From Thermoplasmata archaeon (GTDB lineage: Archaea > Thermoplasmatota > Thermoplasmata > RBG-16-68-12 > SOIM01), in the NCBI GenBank assembly GCA_023140195.1, contig JAGLME010000004.1:8578-72577 (forward strand): a stretch of DNA of 64,000 nt, given 5' to 3'. Each line of letters starts with the position of its first letter. Within the stretch, counting starts at the first letter, position 1. The notes under the pieces are model-generated. The model had not been told where the DNA came from. It saw only the letters and a list, made by a program, of their open reading frames with translations, and did not search any database. This document shows positions 28,564 through 38,679 of this stretch, in pieces. A program made the position numbers and the translations under genes.

Positions 28564-29133
28564 ATGTCGACAAAGGAAATCAAGGGAAGAATCTCCCTGA
28601 GAGAGATCCTCCACGACCGCTCGTTTGAGATATACGAAGCACTTGAGATTCGAGACCTGAGTAGAGCACTTGAGACGAGTATTACAGTCAAGCCGCATCG
28701 TGTGAAATCGGGAGAGATTGTCAGTGTTGACCTCTCAATCAAGAACACCAGTGAGCAACCCGTCATACTCTCATTCGTCGCTCATGAAGGTCCGATGATG
28801 TATCTCAAAGTGACCGGGCCAGACTCGGACGAATCTGTCTACCCGCCGCCAGACGAGCCGATGATATCGCGACCAGGTCCTCCCTACGCGATTGGCGTGA
28901 CTCTTATGCCAGGGGGAGAGATCTTTCATGAGTCCAAGTGGGAAGTGGTACGTTACGATTGGCATCCGGATGTAATGGGACCGGTTCCGATGCCGCTACG
29001 GGGATACGGGTCGGCGGTCCTCCCAGTAGGCCCCCTTGCCCCCGGACGTTACAGGATTCAAGTCAACGCCATGTTTCATTACGCTGGCTACGGCATCAAA
29101 GATCCCGTGGGTCTGTTAGAAGTCATTGAGTGA
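28564..29133 (+). CDS. Hypothetical protein with Ig-like beta-sandwich character
   Basis: 189-aa ORF after GGGGTGG; VDLSIKNTSEQPV, TLMPGGE, LAPGRYRI patterns. Confidence 0.55.
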   Translation: MSTKEIKGRISLREILHDRSFEIYEALEIRDLSRALETSITVKPHRVKSGEIVSVDLSIKNTSEQPVILSFVAHEGPMMYLKVTGPDSDESVYPPPDEPMISRPGPPYAIGVTLMPGGEIFHESKWEVVRYDWHPDVMGPVPMPLRGYGSAVLPVGPLAPGRYRIQVNAMFHYAGYGIKDPVGLLEVIE

Positions 29134-29188
29134 AGGGCTTCTGAGGGCGGCTTCGCTCGTGCAACTCAGATCAGAATGTAAACTTGAA

Positions 29189-29407
29189 CTAGGCCTTCCT
29201 TCTCTTTCTGGAAAAACCCAAGACGACCAAGCCGATGATTATCAACATCACCACCAACAGGAAGATCGTCGACAAGCAGACGGTCGTGTCATCGGCTCCT
29301 TCGTGTGTCTCACCGTTCTCTTCATCCTCGGCAATGACGACTCCCCCTAACTGTGCAAGCAGAAGGAACGAGAGCAACAAACTCAGGCTAATGACCGCCT
29401 TCCTCAT
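29189..29407 (-). CDS. Small membrane protein: signal peptide, acidic linker, TM, basic tail
   Basis: MRKAVISL... signal, EDEENGETHEGADD linker, TM, SRKRRKA. Confidence 0.5.
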   Translation of the reverse strand: MRKAVISLSLLLSFLLLAQLGGVVIAEDEENGETHEGADDTTVCLSTIFLLVVMLIIIGLVVLGFSRKRRKA

Positions 29408-29515
29408 TCGATATCGAGAAAGCCAGATGCGTATATCACTCTTTCGCAAATGAATGGGCGCATGCCCAACTGCAACATGTATTTATAGAACCAATCTGCA
29501 TAAAGAACGGGGCGC

Positions 29516-29740
29516 ATGGAAGTAGAAAACGTTCTTCTGGCTCTGGAGGAGAAGAATAAGTGGATCCGGAGGCGAGAGAAGCTCCAGAAGAGACTGGAGA
29601 AGGTCCGCAAGCAGAAGAGGACGCACCTCGATCAGCTTGATGACGTGAAGAAGCACGTGGCTCACTACGACGAGATAGTGACCTCTCTGAAGGAGTCCAA
29701 GGGCATACCTGACATCCCTACCGCGCCGCCTCTGAGGTGA
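29516..29740 (+). CDS. Small coiled-coil protein
   Basis: 74-aa heptad-rich ORF; GTGA overlap with the next ORF. Confidence 0.65.
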   Translation: MEVENVLLALEEKNKWIRRREKLQKRLEKVRKQKRTHLDQLDDVKKHVAHYDEIVTSLKESKGIPDIPTAPPLR

Positions 29741-29976
29741 GAGACCTGGATGAGCAATTGAGAGTGGCCCAGCTGGAATTGGAGGACTGGAAGGAGAAGC
29801 AGGTCCATGTGGAGAAGGAGCTCAACGAAACTGAAGAGGAGGAGAAAGGCCTTCTCGCGGAGCTTGCCAGGGTCCAAGAACAGATATCGTACTACGAATC
29901 ATTGCAGAGCGACATGAAGAAGGAGCTGGGTCCGCCCAAGCTCTCCGGAATGCTCAGTTCGCTCAAGAAGGGATAG
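29737..29976 (+). CDS. Small coiled-coil protein
   Basis: 79-aa heptad-rich ORF in an operon with mtnA. Confidence 0.65.
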   Translation: MRDLDEQLRVAQLELEDWKEKQVHVEKELNETEEEEKGLLAELARVQEQISYYESLQSDMKKELGPPKLSGMLSSLKKG

Positions 29977-29984
29977 GTGGTCCT

Positions 29985-30986
29985 TTGAAGGTTATCATTG
30001 AGGGGGAGAAGAGAGAGGTCAAGACTGTCTGGATGGAAGATGGCATCGTGAAGCTGATCGACCAGAGGAAGCTCCCGGACAAGTATGATCTCTTCAATGC
30101 CAGAAGCGTGGAGGAAGTGGGTTTCGCCATTGAGGACATGGTTGTGAGAGGCGCACCAGCGATCGGTGCGACCGCGGCATACGGAATGGCCCAAGCAAGC
30201 CTTAAGAACAGGGACCTGGAGGAGGCTGCACACATCCTGAGGGACACCAGACCGACGGCGCACGACCTATTCCATGCGATTGACCACATGCTGAAGGAAT
30301 TGAAGGAGGGGAAGGATCCGGTGGTCGCGGCAGACCTCTACGCGGATGATATCACGGAAAGGTGCAGGAAGATAGGCATCAACGGCAACGAGGTCATCAA
30401 GGACGGGGATAGGATACTCACTCACTGCAATGCTGGTGCTCTCGCCACGGTGGATTATGGAACGGCTCTCGCTCCCATGCGTTCGGCACACGAGAGCGGG
30501 AAGGAGATATTCATCTGGGTGGACGAGACCAGACCGAGATTGCAGGGAGCATGCTTGACCTCCTGGGAGCTCGTGGGTGAAGGCATTCCCCACGCTATAG
30601 TGGCCGATAACGCGGCTGGATACTACATGAAGGATGGGCAGGTCAACCTGTGCATAGTCGGGGCGGACAGGATAGCGGCCAACGGAGACGTGGCAAACAA
30701 GATCGGTACCTACAGCAAGGCGGTCATAGCCAAGGAGAACGGCATCCCATTCTACGTCGCGGCTCCGGTCAGCACCTTCGACTTCAAACTCGCGGAGGGG
30801 GATATGATACCCATCGAGGAGAGGGACCCCCAGGAAGTGTTGGTATTTAGGGGCAAGAGAATCGCACCCTTGCAGGCGGAAGCAAGGAACCCGGCATTCG
30901 ACGTGACGCCCGCGAAGTACATCACCGGCTACATAACAGAGAAAGGGGTGCTCGCTGCCGAGGAACTTATAATATTGTCGCAATGA
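29985..30986 (+). CDS. mtnA: S-methyl-5-thioribose-1-phosphate isomerase (eIF2B-alpha-like)
   Basis: IDQRKLP, MVVRGAPAIG, TRPTA, LTHCNAGALAT, DETRPRLQG, GADRIAANGDVANKIGTY, NPAFDVTP. Confidence 0.93.
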   Translation: MKVIIEGEKREVKTVWMEDGIVKLIDQRKLPDKYDLFNARSVEEVGFAIEDMVVRGAPAIGATAAYGMAQASLKNRDLEEAAHILRDTRPTAHDLFHAIDHMLKELKEGKDPVVAADLYADDITERCRKIGINGNEVIKDGDRILTHCNAGALATVDYGTALAPMRSAHESGKEIFIWVDETRPRLQGACLTSWELVGEGIPHAIVADNAAGYYMKDGQVNLCIVGADRIAANGDVANKIGTYSKAVIAKENGIPFYVAAPVSTFDFKLAEGDMIPIEERDPQEVLVFRGKRIAPLQAEARNPAFDVTPAKYITGYITEKGVLAAEELIILSQ

Positions 30987-31015
30987 TTTTAAGGTTTGAG
31001 TGTTCTCTTATTCCG

Positions 31016-31174
31016 ATGGACTGTCCAGTATGCGGATATCATAATGATGAAAATGTTAATTGCTGCGAGAGATGCGGCACCGATTTCTCATTTCTGAAGA
31101 CAAAAGATGGAACCGGGGACAATCCTTTCAATAGGGTCAAGAGGGGAGCAAAGGACGAGGACGAAAGCGACTGA
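31016..31174 (+). CDS. Zinc-ribbon small protein
   Basis: MDCPVCGYHN...CERCG. Confidence 0.7.
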   Translation: MDCPVCGYHNDENVNCCERCGTDFSFLKTKDGTGDNPFNRVKRGAKDEDESD

Positions 31175-31223
31175 GGCGGTCTTCTGAGATAAGATTTTAA
31201 CCTATCAGCACTTTTTCCGCCAC

Positions 31224-32261
31224 ATGTACCTGGTCACTACCTGGTTCGGTTCGTTTCTCATCAAAGATGATGAAATCGTTGAGAAGAAGCTGTTCCCAGC
31301 GGACAAGGAGGAGATAGCTCAGAGGTTGATCAGGGTCGAAGACTGGAAGATGGTCAGGGAAGAAAATGAACTGGTAAAGAACCTGGAGGAGTTCTTCGTT
31401 CTGGAGAAGAGGTTGGAGAGGATCGGAGGAACGTACTCACAGGAGGAGCTGGAACAGCCGAAGCCGGAGGACCATGGGTTCAACAAGTCCCTTCTCAGGG
31501 ACGCGATGATAGAGGTCGCCAAGAAAAGGCTGAGAAAGGCGGTCGGGACGGATGATCATGTCTCCCAGGCGGTGCATGCGATCGATGACCTGATCCGGAC
31601 GTCAAACCTTCTTTCCGAGAGGCTCCATGCATGGTACAATCTTCATTTCCCGGAGCTGGAGAAGTTCGTGAGCGGGGCCAAATATGCCAAGTTGATTGCG
31701 GAACATGGAGACAGGGAGAGCATCCCGAGTGTGGAGTTCGAAGGGTCGGTTGGTGCAGAACTGGCCGAGGAGGACAGGGAGACCATAATGCACTTTGCAC
31801 AGCTCCTGACCGAGGTGGACTCCGAGAAGAGGAAACTGGAGGAGTACATAGAAGCCAACATGAAGGATCTGGCTTCCAACTTGTCCCACCTGGCAGGTCC
31901 CCTGATAGGTGCAAGACTGATCTCACTGGCCGGGGGTCTGGACGAGCTCGCGAAGATGCCCTCGAGCACCATTCAACTTCTGGGAGCGGAGAAGGCGTTG
32001 TTCAGGCACATCAAGGAAGGGACGAAACCTCCCAAACATGGAGTCATATTTCAGCATCCTTACCTCCACAAGGCACCATACTGGCAGAGAGGTAACATCG
32101 CAAGGACCTTCGCGGGGAAGATCGCGATAGCCGCAAGGGCGGACCACTACTCCAAGGAGTTCATAGCGGATGGGTTGAAGATTGACCTGGAGAAGGCCTT
32201 CAAGGAAATCAGGAAAAAGCACAAGGACCCTCCAGTGCGCCTGAAGAAGAGAAGGAAGTAG
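31224..32261 (+). CDS. nop5: Box C/D sRNP protein Nop5 (Nop56/58)
   Basis: WYNLHFPEL, NLSHLAG..GARLISLAGG, PSSTIQLLGAEKALF, PPKHGVIF, RGNIAR..AGKIAIAARAD. Confidence 0.93.
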   Translation: MYLVTTWFGSFLIKDDEIVEKKLFPADKEEIAQRLIRVEDWKMVREENELVKNLEEFFVLEKRLERIGGTYSQEELEQPKPEDHGFNKSLLRDAMIEVAKKRLRKAVGTDDHVSQAVHAIDDLIRTSNLLSERLHAWYNLHFPELEKFVSGAKYAKLIAEHGDRESIPSVEFEGSVGAELAEEDRETIMHFAQLLTEVDSEKRKLEEYIEANMKDLASNLSHLAGPLIGARLISLAGGLDELAKMPSSTIQLLGAEKALFRHIKEGTKPPKHGVIFQHPYLHKAPYWQRGNIARTFAGKIAIAARADHYSKEFIADGLKIDLEKAFKEIRKKHKDPPVRLKKRRK

Positions 32262-32315
32262 ACCGCCGATAGACAAAACTATATGTAAAACAGCCATTAT
32301 CACCGAGTGGTATCC

Positions 32316-32702
32316 ATGTCCTGGAATATGGCTGAACTGAGAACTCTGAAACCCAACAGATTCATCATAATCGATGACGAACCATGCAAGATAACGAGCC
32401 TGAGCAAATCCAAGCCAGGGAAGCACGGAGAGGCCAAGGCAAGGGTGGAAGCGGTAGGGATCTTCGACAACCAGAAGAGGACCCTCGTTCATCCGGTCAC
32501 TCACAAGGTCAAGGTGCCCATAATAGACAAAAGGAAGGCGCAGGTGCTCGTATTGATGGGGTCAGAGGTCCAGCTGATGGACATGGAAACATATGAGACG
32601 TTCAACTTGCCCATCCCGGACGAGTTCGCTGGGAAATTGGACCCCGGGAAGGAGATCCTGTACTTCGTGGCGATGGGAAGGAAGAGGATAACCAGGGTGT
32701 AG
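32316..32702 (+). CDS. eif5a: Translation factor aIF-5A
   Basis: [12 protein letters not shown] hypusination-site motif; [12 protein letters not shown]. Confidence 0.96.
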   Translation: MSWNMAELRTLKPNRFIIIDDEPCKITSLSKSKPGKHGEAKARVEAVGIFDNQKRTLVHPVTHKVKVPIIDKRKAQVLVLMGSEVQLMDMETYETFNLPIPDEFAGKLDPGKEILYFVAMGRKRITRV

Positions 32703-32712
32703 TGGGGGACTC

Positions 32713-33570
32713 ATGCCAGGACTCCTATTCGCTGATGCAAGTTCGACTCTAGATGATTCTGATTTTGCCATCTTTGGCGTACCTTTCGACGGCACCAGCT
32801 CGTTCAGGTCAGGAACCGCACAGGCACCCGAACGGATAAGGGAGGCCTCTCACAACTTCGAGACCTTCAAGTTCGAGCATGGTGAGGACATGGAATCCAT
32901 CAGGTATTGCGACCTTGGGGACCTGGAGGGGTTCAAGAACGTTGACCTCATGATGCAGGGAGTGGAGGCCTTCTCAAGTGACCTGGTGAGAAAGAACAAG
33001 TTCCCCATAGCTCTGGGCGGCGAGCATTCTATCAGTCCGGCCATCGTGAAGAGCTTCGAGGACATAGGGGTCATCTCCCTGGATGCGCACCTGGATTTCA
33101 GGAACGAATACGAGGGGGAGAAGAACAGCCATGCATGCTCCACCAGGCGGATATCGGATTCCGTAGGCGTGGAGGGTGTGGTCCCAATAGGGGTAAGGTC
33201 AATGTCAAAGGAGGAGTCCAAGGATGCAGAGGAACTGGGGCTGAGGTTCATATCCAGCTACGCCTTCCAGAAGAATCCGAACATGAAGGAAACAGTGGAA
33301 AGGGCCCTGAAATGGATGGGCAGGGAGAGGATCTACTTGACGCTGGATATGGACGTGTTCGATCCTGCTTATGCCCCGGGCATCAGCAACCCAGAGCCTT
33401 TCGGACTTGAACCCATCGAGATCAAAAGGTGCATAAATCACCTTTCGGACAGGTTGGTGGGCTTTGATGTGGTCGAGGTCTCTCCTCCATTCGATAACGG
33501 CAACACTTCCGCTCTCGCAGCGAGACTTGTGAGAGAAGTGATCATGGCGGTCTGGAAAGCTCAGATGTAG
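32713..33570 (+). CDS. speB: Agmatinase
   Basis: GGEHS, DAHLD, SHAC, DMDVFDP, FDVVEVSP; adjacent to aIF-5A. Confidence 0.93.
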   Translation: MPGLLFADASSTLDDSDFAIFGVPFDGTSSFRSGTAQAPERIREASHNFETFKFEHGEDMESIRYCDLGDLEGFKNVDLMMQGVEAFSSDLVRKNKFPIALGGEHSISPAIVKSFEDIGVISLDAHLDFRNEYEGEKNSHACSTRRISDSVGVEGVVPIGVRSMSKEESKDAEELGLRFISSYAFQKNPNMKETVERALKWMGRERIYLTLDMDVFDPAYAPGISNPEPFGLEPIEIKRCINHLSDRLVGFDVVEVSPPFDNGNTSALAARLVREVIMAVWKAQM

Positions 33571-34187
33571 CCGGGTATGTCCTTCTTTTTCTTCCAGATT
33601 GTGTCCAGGTCGTATCGGTCCAGCTCATTCCCGAACTTCTTGTCCAGCTTGTCCTTGCTCTTCCTGAGGTCCGCAGGAGAGATGCTCGGATCGTCGGATG
33701 CCGTCTTCAGCTTGTTTATTTCTTTAAGGAGAGTGCCGTCAAAACTAACGCCACCCATGACCAGTATTGCAAGGGTGTTCTTCATGATGTCGAGCTCCAT
33801 CCTTATCCTCTCCCGCGTGTCCACCTTGTAGACCTTCCTGTTCATCCTCACCAGGAACTCGCGGTGGTTCTTCAGAGATGTCAGAATGTTCTCTATCCTC
33901 TCGCTGGTCCTGAGAAGGTACTCCTCCAGCTTCAAGATGGAATCGTTGAGCTTCCCGAGGCCGGCCTTGTCCCCCTTCCGGGTCCTGGTCGACATGCCCA
34001 GGGCGTCCATAACGATTTCCTCCCTCCTGATCCGGGTTTCCATCTTCCTGGCCAGCTTCCGGGTCTCCTTCTTCTCCCTCCTCATTTTCTCGGAGACCTT
34101 GGAGACGTCGGACTCAAGCTTCTTGAACGATCTTTCCAGATCCTTAAGCCTGGAGGACGTGTCGTCATCCTGGGAGACCATCATCAA
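33561..34187 (-). CDS. Coiled-coil hypothetical protein
   Basis: 208-aa Lys/Glu/Leu heptad-rich ORF with typical codon usage. Confidence 0.65.
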   Translation of the reverse strand: MMMVSQDDDTSSRLKDLERSFKKLESDVSKVSEKMRREKKETRKLARKMETRIRREEIVMDALGMSTRTRKGDKAGLGKLNDSILKLEEYLLRTSERIENILTSLKNHREFLVRMNRKVYKVDTRERIRMELDIMKNTLAILVMGGVSFDGTLLKEINKLKTASDDPSISPADLRKSKDKLDKKFGNELDRYDLDTIWKKKKDIPGYI

Positions 34188-34300
34188 TTCATACCGAAGT
34201 ATCGGTTATTAAACTTCCGTTTTGAGTTTCACCAGATGGAACGTTCGTTCCCAGAAACCGAAATAATCATTATCCATAAGCCACTATTGAGGGCAGTTCT

Positions 34301-35347
34301 ATGGCACAGGCTATCATCAAGGTGGAGAACCTCTCGAAGACCTTCATTTCGAAAGAGCGCAAGAAATTTCTCAGACCGAAAAAAAGGACGATCGAAGCGT
34401 TGAAGGATGTAGACCTGACAATCTACGACGGAGAGATATTCGGCCTCCTGGGACCCAACGGAGCAGGAAAGACCACCCTCATCAAATGCCTCACCACCCT
34501 CCTCATACCCTCGGGAGGGGCAGCCTGGGTGAACGGTTTCGACCTTCTGAAGGAGGAGAACATGGTGAGGGCGTCCCTGGGCTGCATGCTCATGGGTGAG
34601 AGGGGGCTCTACTGGAAGCTCACCGGCAGGGAGAACCTGGACTACTTCGGGGCCCTGTACCACGTGCCCAAGGAGAAGAGGGTTGAGAGGATAACCTACC
34701 TCAAGGAACTGCTGAAGATGGGGGAGTTCATCGACAGGACGGTGGAGACGTACTCCAGCGGCCAAAAGATGATAATGGCATTCGCCAAATCCCTGATCAA
34801 CAACGCCCCAATTCTCTTCCTGGACGAGCCGACGGTCACCATGGATGTGCACGCTGCAAGAGACCTCCGAAGGATCGTCAAACAGCTCAACAAGGAAGGC
34901 CACACCATAGTCTACACGACCCACCAGATGTACGAGGCCGAGGAGCTCTGCGATAGGGTCGCCATCATCGACAAAGGGGAGATCATCGCACTGGGAACCC
35001 CAACAGAACTGAAGAAGTCATTGAATGTGAAGGACGCAATCGAGCTGGAAGGAGCAATACCGAAGGGCGTCGTCCAGATAATCAAAGAGATGCCTGGGGT
35101 CATAGAGGCTGCAATCAAGGAGGAGAAGAGAGGGACAACCACGCTTGGGATCATGTGTGAGAACAGCCGGATTATACTGCCCAAGCTGATGGAGGTCCTG
35201 CTGGAGAACGAGGTGCAGATCGAGTACATCAAGCCCATGGACGCGACACTGGAGGACGTTTTCATAGTCAAGACCGGAAGGGCCTTGAGCGTGGACACCG
35301 CCGAATTGGCGAAAGAGAAGGACAGGGGCGCTGGGGGCCTGGATTAG
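34301..35347 (+). CDS. ABC-2 exporter ATP-binding subunit (DrrA-like)
   Basis: GPNGAGKTT, YSSGQK, LFLDEPT, YTTH, TLEDVF. Confidence 0.95.
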   Translation: MAQAIIKVENLSKTFISKERKKFLRPKKRTIEALKDVDLTIYDGEIFGLLGPNGAGKTTLIKCLTTLLIPSGGAAWVNGFDLLKEENMVRASLGCMLMGERGLYWKLTGRENLDYFGALYHVPKEKRVERITYLKELLKMGEFIDRTVETYSSGQKMIMAFAKSLINNAPILFLDEPTVTMDVHAARDLRRIVKQLNKEGHTIVYTTHQMYEAEELCDRVAIIDKGEIIALGTPTELKKSLNVKDAIELEGAIPKGVVQIIKEMPGVIEAAIKEEKRGTTTLGIMCENSRIILPKLMEVLLENEVQIEYIKPMDATLEDVFIVKTGRALSVDTAELAKEKDRGAGGLD

Positions 35348-36222
35348 TGGCGGGACCGATAGCTGGCTTGGGTTACTACGAGAAAAGCGCCAGGACCAGT
35401 TTTGGAGTATTCTCGTCCGTGCTGAAGGCGAGGTTCAGGATCGTCTCCAGATACAAGGGCGCCCTTTTGATGGAACTCTTCATGCCGATCGTCTTCGCGG
35501 CACTGCCCATACTTCTGGGCGTCTCGATAGCCAGCGGAGGAGTGGACGTCGGGCAGAACTGGAAGGACACCACAGGAACGGCCGACTTCAAGGCCTACAT
35601 GCTGATCGGCTCCTCCACATTCATGGTTGTGATGCTGATGACCTGGCTTGTGGGCTTCTGGCTGCGGAGGGAGATGGTCTCCGGTACTCTCGAGTCGGTC
35701 TGGGTATCCCCAGCAAAGAAATACCTGATCATAGGCGGGGTCACTGGTTATGCACTGATACGAGCATTCGTCGCTTTCGTCCTGTCCTTCGTTCTCGGTT
35801 CATTCGTGTTCGGCATCAATCTCTTCCAAGGTAACATGTTGATGGCGGCGATGTTCATTCTGGTCGGGCTGCTTCCCCTGTGGGGGATCAGCTTCATGTT
35901 CGGTGCGTTGATCCTGAGGATTAAGGAAGCGGACTCGATAATCAACCTTCTACAGTGGGTCCTATCCTTCTTCATGGGGGTCTTCTTCCCGATCACCGTG
36001 CTCCCGGGCTTCCTCCGGTTGATCGCCCAGTCCTTTCCTCCCACCTGGATGACCAACGGTGTCAGGGCGGCCCTGCTGGACGTGAGCTTCTTCTTCGAGA
36101 CCTGGTACCTCGACCTGGCCATGATTTTAGTTTTCGCCGCAGTGTTCCCGTTGATGGGTTACGGTATTTTCATCGCCACTGAGAGGAGAATGAAAAAGAC
36201 CCAAGGGATGGGGATGTATTGA
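35347..36222 (+). CDS. ABC-2 type permease
   Basis: REMVSGTLES, GVFFPITVLP, six TMs; coupled to the ATPase. Confidence 0.9.
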   Translation: MAGPIAGLGYYEKSARTSFGVFSSVLKARFRIVSRYKGALLMELFMPIVFAALPILLGVSIASGGVDVGQNWKDTTGTADFKAYMLIGSSTFMVVMLMTWLVGFWLRREMVSGTLESVWVSPAKKYLIIGGVTGYALIRAFVAFVLSFVLGSFVFGINLFQGNMLMAAMFILVGLLPLWGISFMFGALILRIKEADSIINLLQWVLSFFMGVFFPITVLPGFLRLIAQSFPPTWMTNGVRAALLDVSFFFETWYLDLAMILVFAAVFPLMGYGIFIATERRMKKTQGMGMY

Positions 36223-37079
36223 GCGCCGGCGGAACGATCCACAGGGGTTTTGGGCTTTCTGATCTGGGCTTACGGCAGACATTCTACACGTTCTTGAGCA
36301 TGTCCAAGAAGACGGTGGTGGAGTTCTCTCGCTATCCTGTGTCCTTCGTGGCGACATTCGCGCAGACCCTCATGATACTAGCCATGTTCATGCTGGCTGC
36401 GATCGTGTTCATGGGCAGTGAGTCCGGACTGTCCGAACTGGCGGGGATAATGGTGTACGGTTTCATCCTGAACATGTTCCTGATCTTCGTCCTTTGGGAG
36501 ATAGGGTTCTCCATAAGGGAGGAGCAGTACCGAGGGACTCTGGAATCTCTCTATCTGTCGCCTGCAAACAAGTTCAGCAACCTGATATCGAGGGTCTTCG
36601 CAATCGGTTCATGGACAGTTGTGATGGTGATCGCCGCCTTGGCCATCGTCAACTACTACGTCGGGGGACTGCCGGCCAACGACGTCATGCTGGCGTTGTT
36701 CGTGCTGTTCTTTTCGATCACTGGCATCCTGGGAATCGGTTTCGTGGTGTCCGCGATAGTCCTGAGGCTCAAGGAGAGCGCCGAGCTGCTGGTAAGTGTG
36801 CTACAGTTCTTCTTCATGATATTCTGCGCCATGTTCTTCCCGTTCTATGCCCTGCCCGACGAGATACTGAACTACGTGAGCAGATGGATCCCCCTGAGCT
36901 ACGGCGTGGATTCGTTCAGGTCCATTCTTGTTGGCCAAACACCTGAGCTCATCGCCAACGTTGGCATCGAGATAGTGATCGTCGTCCTGTTCGGGATCCT
37001 CTCGCCGCTCATTGGCTATTTCCTCTACAAGTACAACGAAAGAAAGGCAAGACTGGAAGGGTCCCTGGCCGAGTACTGA
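36219..37079 (+). CDS. ABC-2 type permease
   Basis: REEQYRGTLESLYLSP, MFFPFYALP, PLSYGVD. Confidence 0.9.
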   Translation: MSAGGTIHRGFGLSDLGLRQTFYTFLSMSKKTVVEFSRYPVSFVATFAQTLMILAMFMLAAIVFMGSESGLSELAGIMVYGFILNMFLIFVLWEIGFSIREEQYRGTLESLYLSPANKFSNLISRVFAIGSWTVVMVIAALAIVNYYVGGLPANDVMLALFVLFFSITGILGIGFVVSAIVLRLKESAELLVSVLQFFFMIFCAMFFPFYALPDEILNYVSRWIPLSYGVDSFRSILVGQTPELIANVGIEIVIVVLFGILSPLIGYFLYKYNERKARLEGSLAEY

Positions 37080-37083
37080 TCGC

Positions 37084-38157
37084 TCAGGTCTTCAAGATCT
37101 TCTCGCACAGATCAAGGTCCTTTACCAAGCGGTCATGTATCGAAGAGTTCTCATCCATTACGAGCTTGACCTTCCCGTTGGTATAGTCCTGGCTGGTCTT
37201 TCCCCTCCATTCACCGAACATAACGACGCCCGTCCCGCCAAGGACCAGGACACCGAACTTCACAGCAAGGTCGTGGAACATCTGAAGGGTGCCCCAGGGA
37301 CTTATCGGACCTCCGCGGTATTCTGTCTTGGGATACACCAGAGTATGATACATGAGTGAGTGGTTCTTGGCATGATCGGCCATGTTCTGGTCCATTGTGA
37401 TCAGGGCGATGTTCATCCCGCATTGCTGACCGAAGAACTTGTAGCTCTTCACGATCTCGATGTCCACCTGCTCCTTGTCCCGAGGGATGGTGGTTTGATC
37501 TGTGGCGTGGGCGGACAGCTCTCTTGTGAAGTAGTCGAGCTCCTGCTGGGCGAGTTTCGCCTTCCTGGTCATGAGCATGTTCCGGTTTGCGAACTCGTTC
37601 AGGTATTTTCGGTTCTTGAAGGAACTCTTCATCTTCACCAGGTTGCCGGACCTGTACTTGTACTTGATGCGGTTGGATATCTCGGTCCTGACCAGATCGC
37701 TGATGACCACCTCAATGTCTTCTGCGCTGAAGCCCATGTCTTTTGCAGGTAGCGTGCCGGTGAAGAACCTGTTGTAGAGGATGTTGGTGTCGATCGCGAA
37801 ACACAGGGTACCCGCCATTCTCCTTGGGTCTTTGGAACCTCCCACAAGATCGCTCAACCACTTGCTGAACTCGTCCCAGTTGGCGTAATCCTGGGCGCCG
37901 CATGAGAGGAATGTGCTTTCAAGATCCCCAAAGGCGGGCAGATCCGAGATCAAGAAGTTGCTATCCGGCATATGCTCGGAGCGGATGGTCTGCATCTTCT
38001 CCTTCCTTATCACGTTCCTGATCCTGAAATCCAGATAGAAATCGAACAGGCTGACGTCATAGAAAGGGTACTTGACCACGAAGGAGCTTTTCCCCTGGGA
38101 ATGAAGCTCGTTGAAGAGCACCATCAGAAGGTCCTGAGCAATCACCCTCTCGGTCAT
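37084..38157 (-). CDS. Extended PIN-domain ribonuclease
   Basis: Acidic tetrad in FAIDTNIL, VRTEI, QVDIEIV and LITMDQNM; ATGA overlap with the upstream CARF gene. Confidence 0.78.
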   Translation of the reverse strand: MTERVIAQDLLMVLFNELHSQGKSSFVVKYPFYDVSLFDFYLDFRIRNVIRKEKMQTIRSEHMPDSNFLISDLPAFGDLESTFLSCGAQDYANWDEFSKWLSDLVGGSKDPRRMAGTLCFAIDTNILYNRFFTGTLPAKDMGFSAEDIEVVISDLVRTEISNRIKYKYRSGNLVKMKSSFKNRKYLNEFANRNMLMTRKAKLAQQELDYFTRELSAHATDQTTIPRDKEQVDIEIVKSYKFFGQQCGMNIALITMDQNMADHAKNHSLMYHTLVYPKTEYRGGPISPWGTLQMFHDLAVKFGVLVLGGTGVVMFGEWRGKTSQDYTNGKVKLVMDENSSIHDRLVKDLDLCEKILKT

Positions 38158-38627
38158 TCATTGCCCCCTTGGAGAAAATCGTTGGAGTGCTGGATGATGA
38201 GAGGTATCATCAGGTAAGGCCTGTCCGCGTTGGTGGTGTCCTCGATGTAAAGATAGAAGATGTGGTCGGCCTTGTGCCTGTCAGCGGCTATCAGAGAAGG
38301 GCTGGATATCGCCTTCCTGGCCGAGGTGATGTCCAGGGCGACCTTGTTCTTCGCCTTCTTCTCCTTCTTGATGATGTCGGAGATCTTCTTGCCGGTTGCA
38401 ATGAAATCGTTCTCAGGGAGCTCCACGATGATTATTGAAGGCTTCTTGTCACGGCCCTCCAAAAGCGTCAGGATCCGTTGCTCATTCCTCTGGGCGCCCT
38501 TCATGTTCTTCTTGGTGCTGCAGATGTACACCTTATCCGGGATGTAGCCCTGCTCGCGGACGCTGGCCCAAAGGCTGTTGATCAACGCCCATTCTGACTG
38601 GCCTGACAGGGTGATGTATACCTTCAG
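38154..38627 (-). CDS. Stand-alone CARF-domain protein
   Basis: KVYITLSGQS (motif I), IPDKVYI, VALDITSARK (motif II); probable CTG start after GAGGAGG (ORF-track ATG is at 38720). Confidence 0.72.
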   Translation of the reverse strand: MKVYITLSGQSEWALINSLWASVREQGYIPDKVYICSTKKNMKGAQRNEQRILTLLEGRDKKPSIIIVELPENDFIATGKKISDIIKKEKKAKNKVALDITSARKAISSPSLIAADRHKADHIFYLYIEDTTNADRPYLMIPLIIQHSNDFLQGGNE

Positions 38628-38679
38628 CCGTTCTCCTCCTCGTCTTTGGATAGGATACTGGCGTAATATAGATTTTGGA

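Noticed and set aside
31224-33570. nop5 without adjacent fibrillarin, and aIF-5A next to agmatinase
   Set aside because: Gene-order variation is common and the aIF-5A/agmatinase linkage is already known in archaea.
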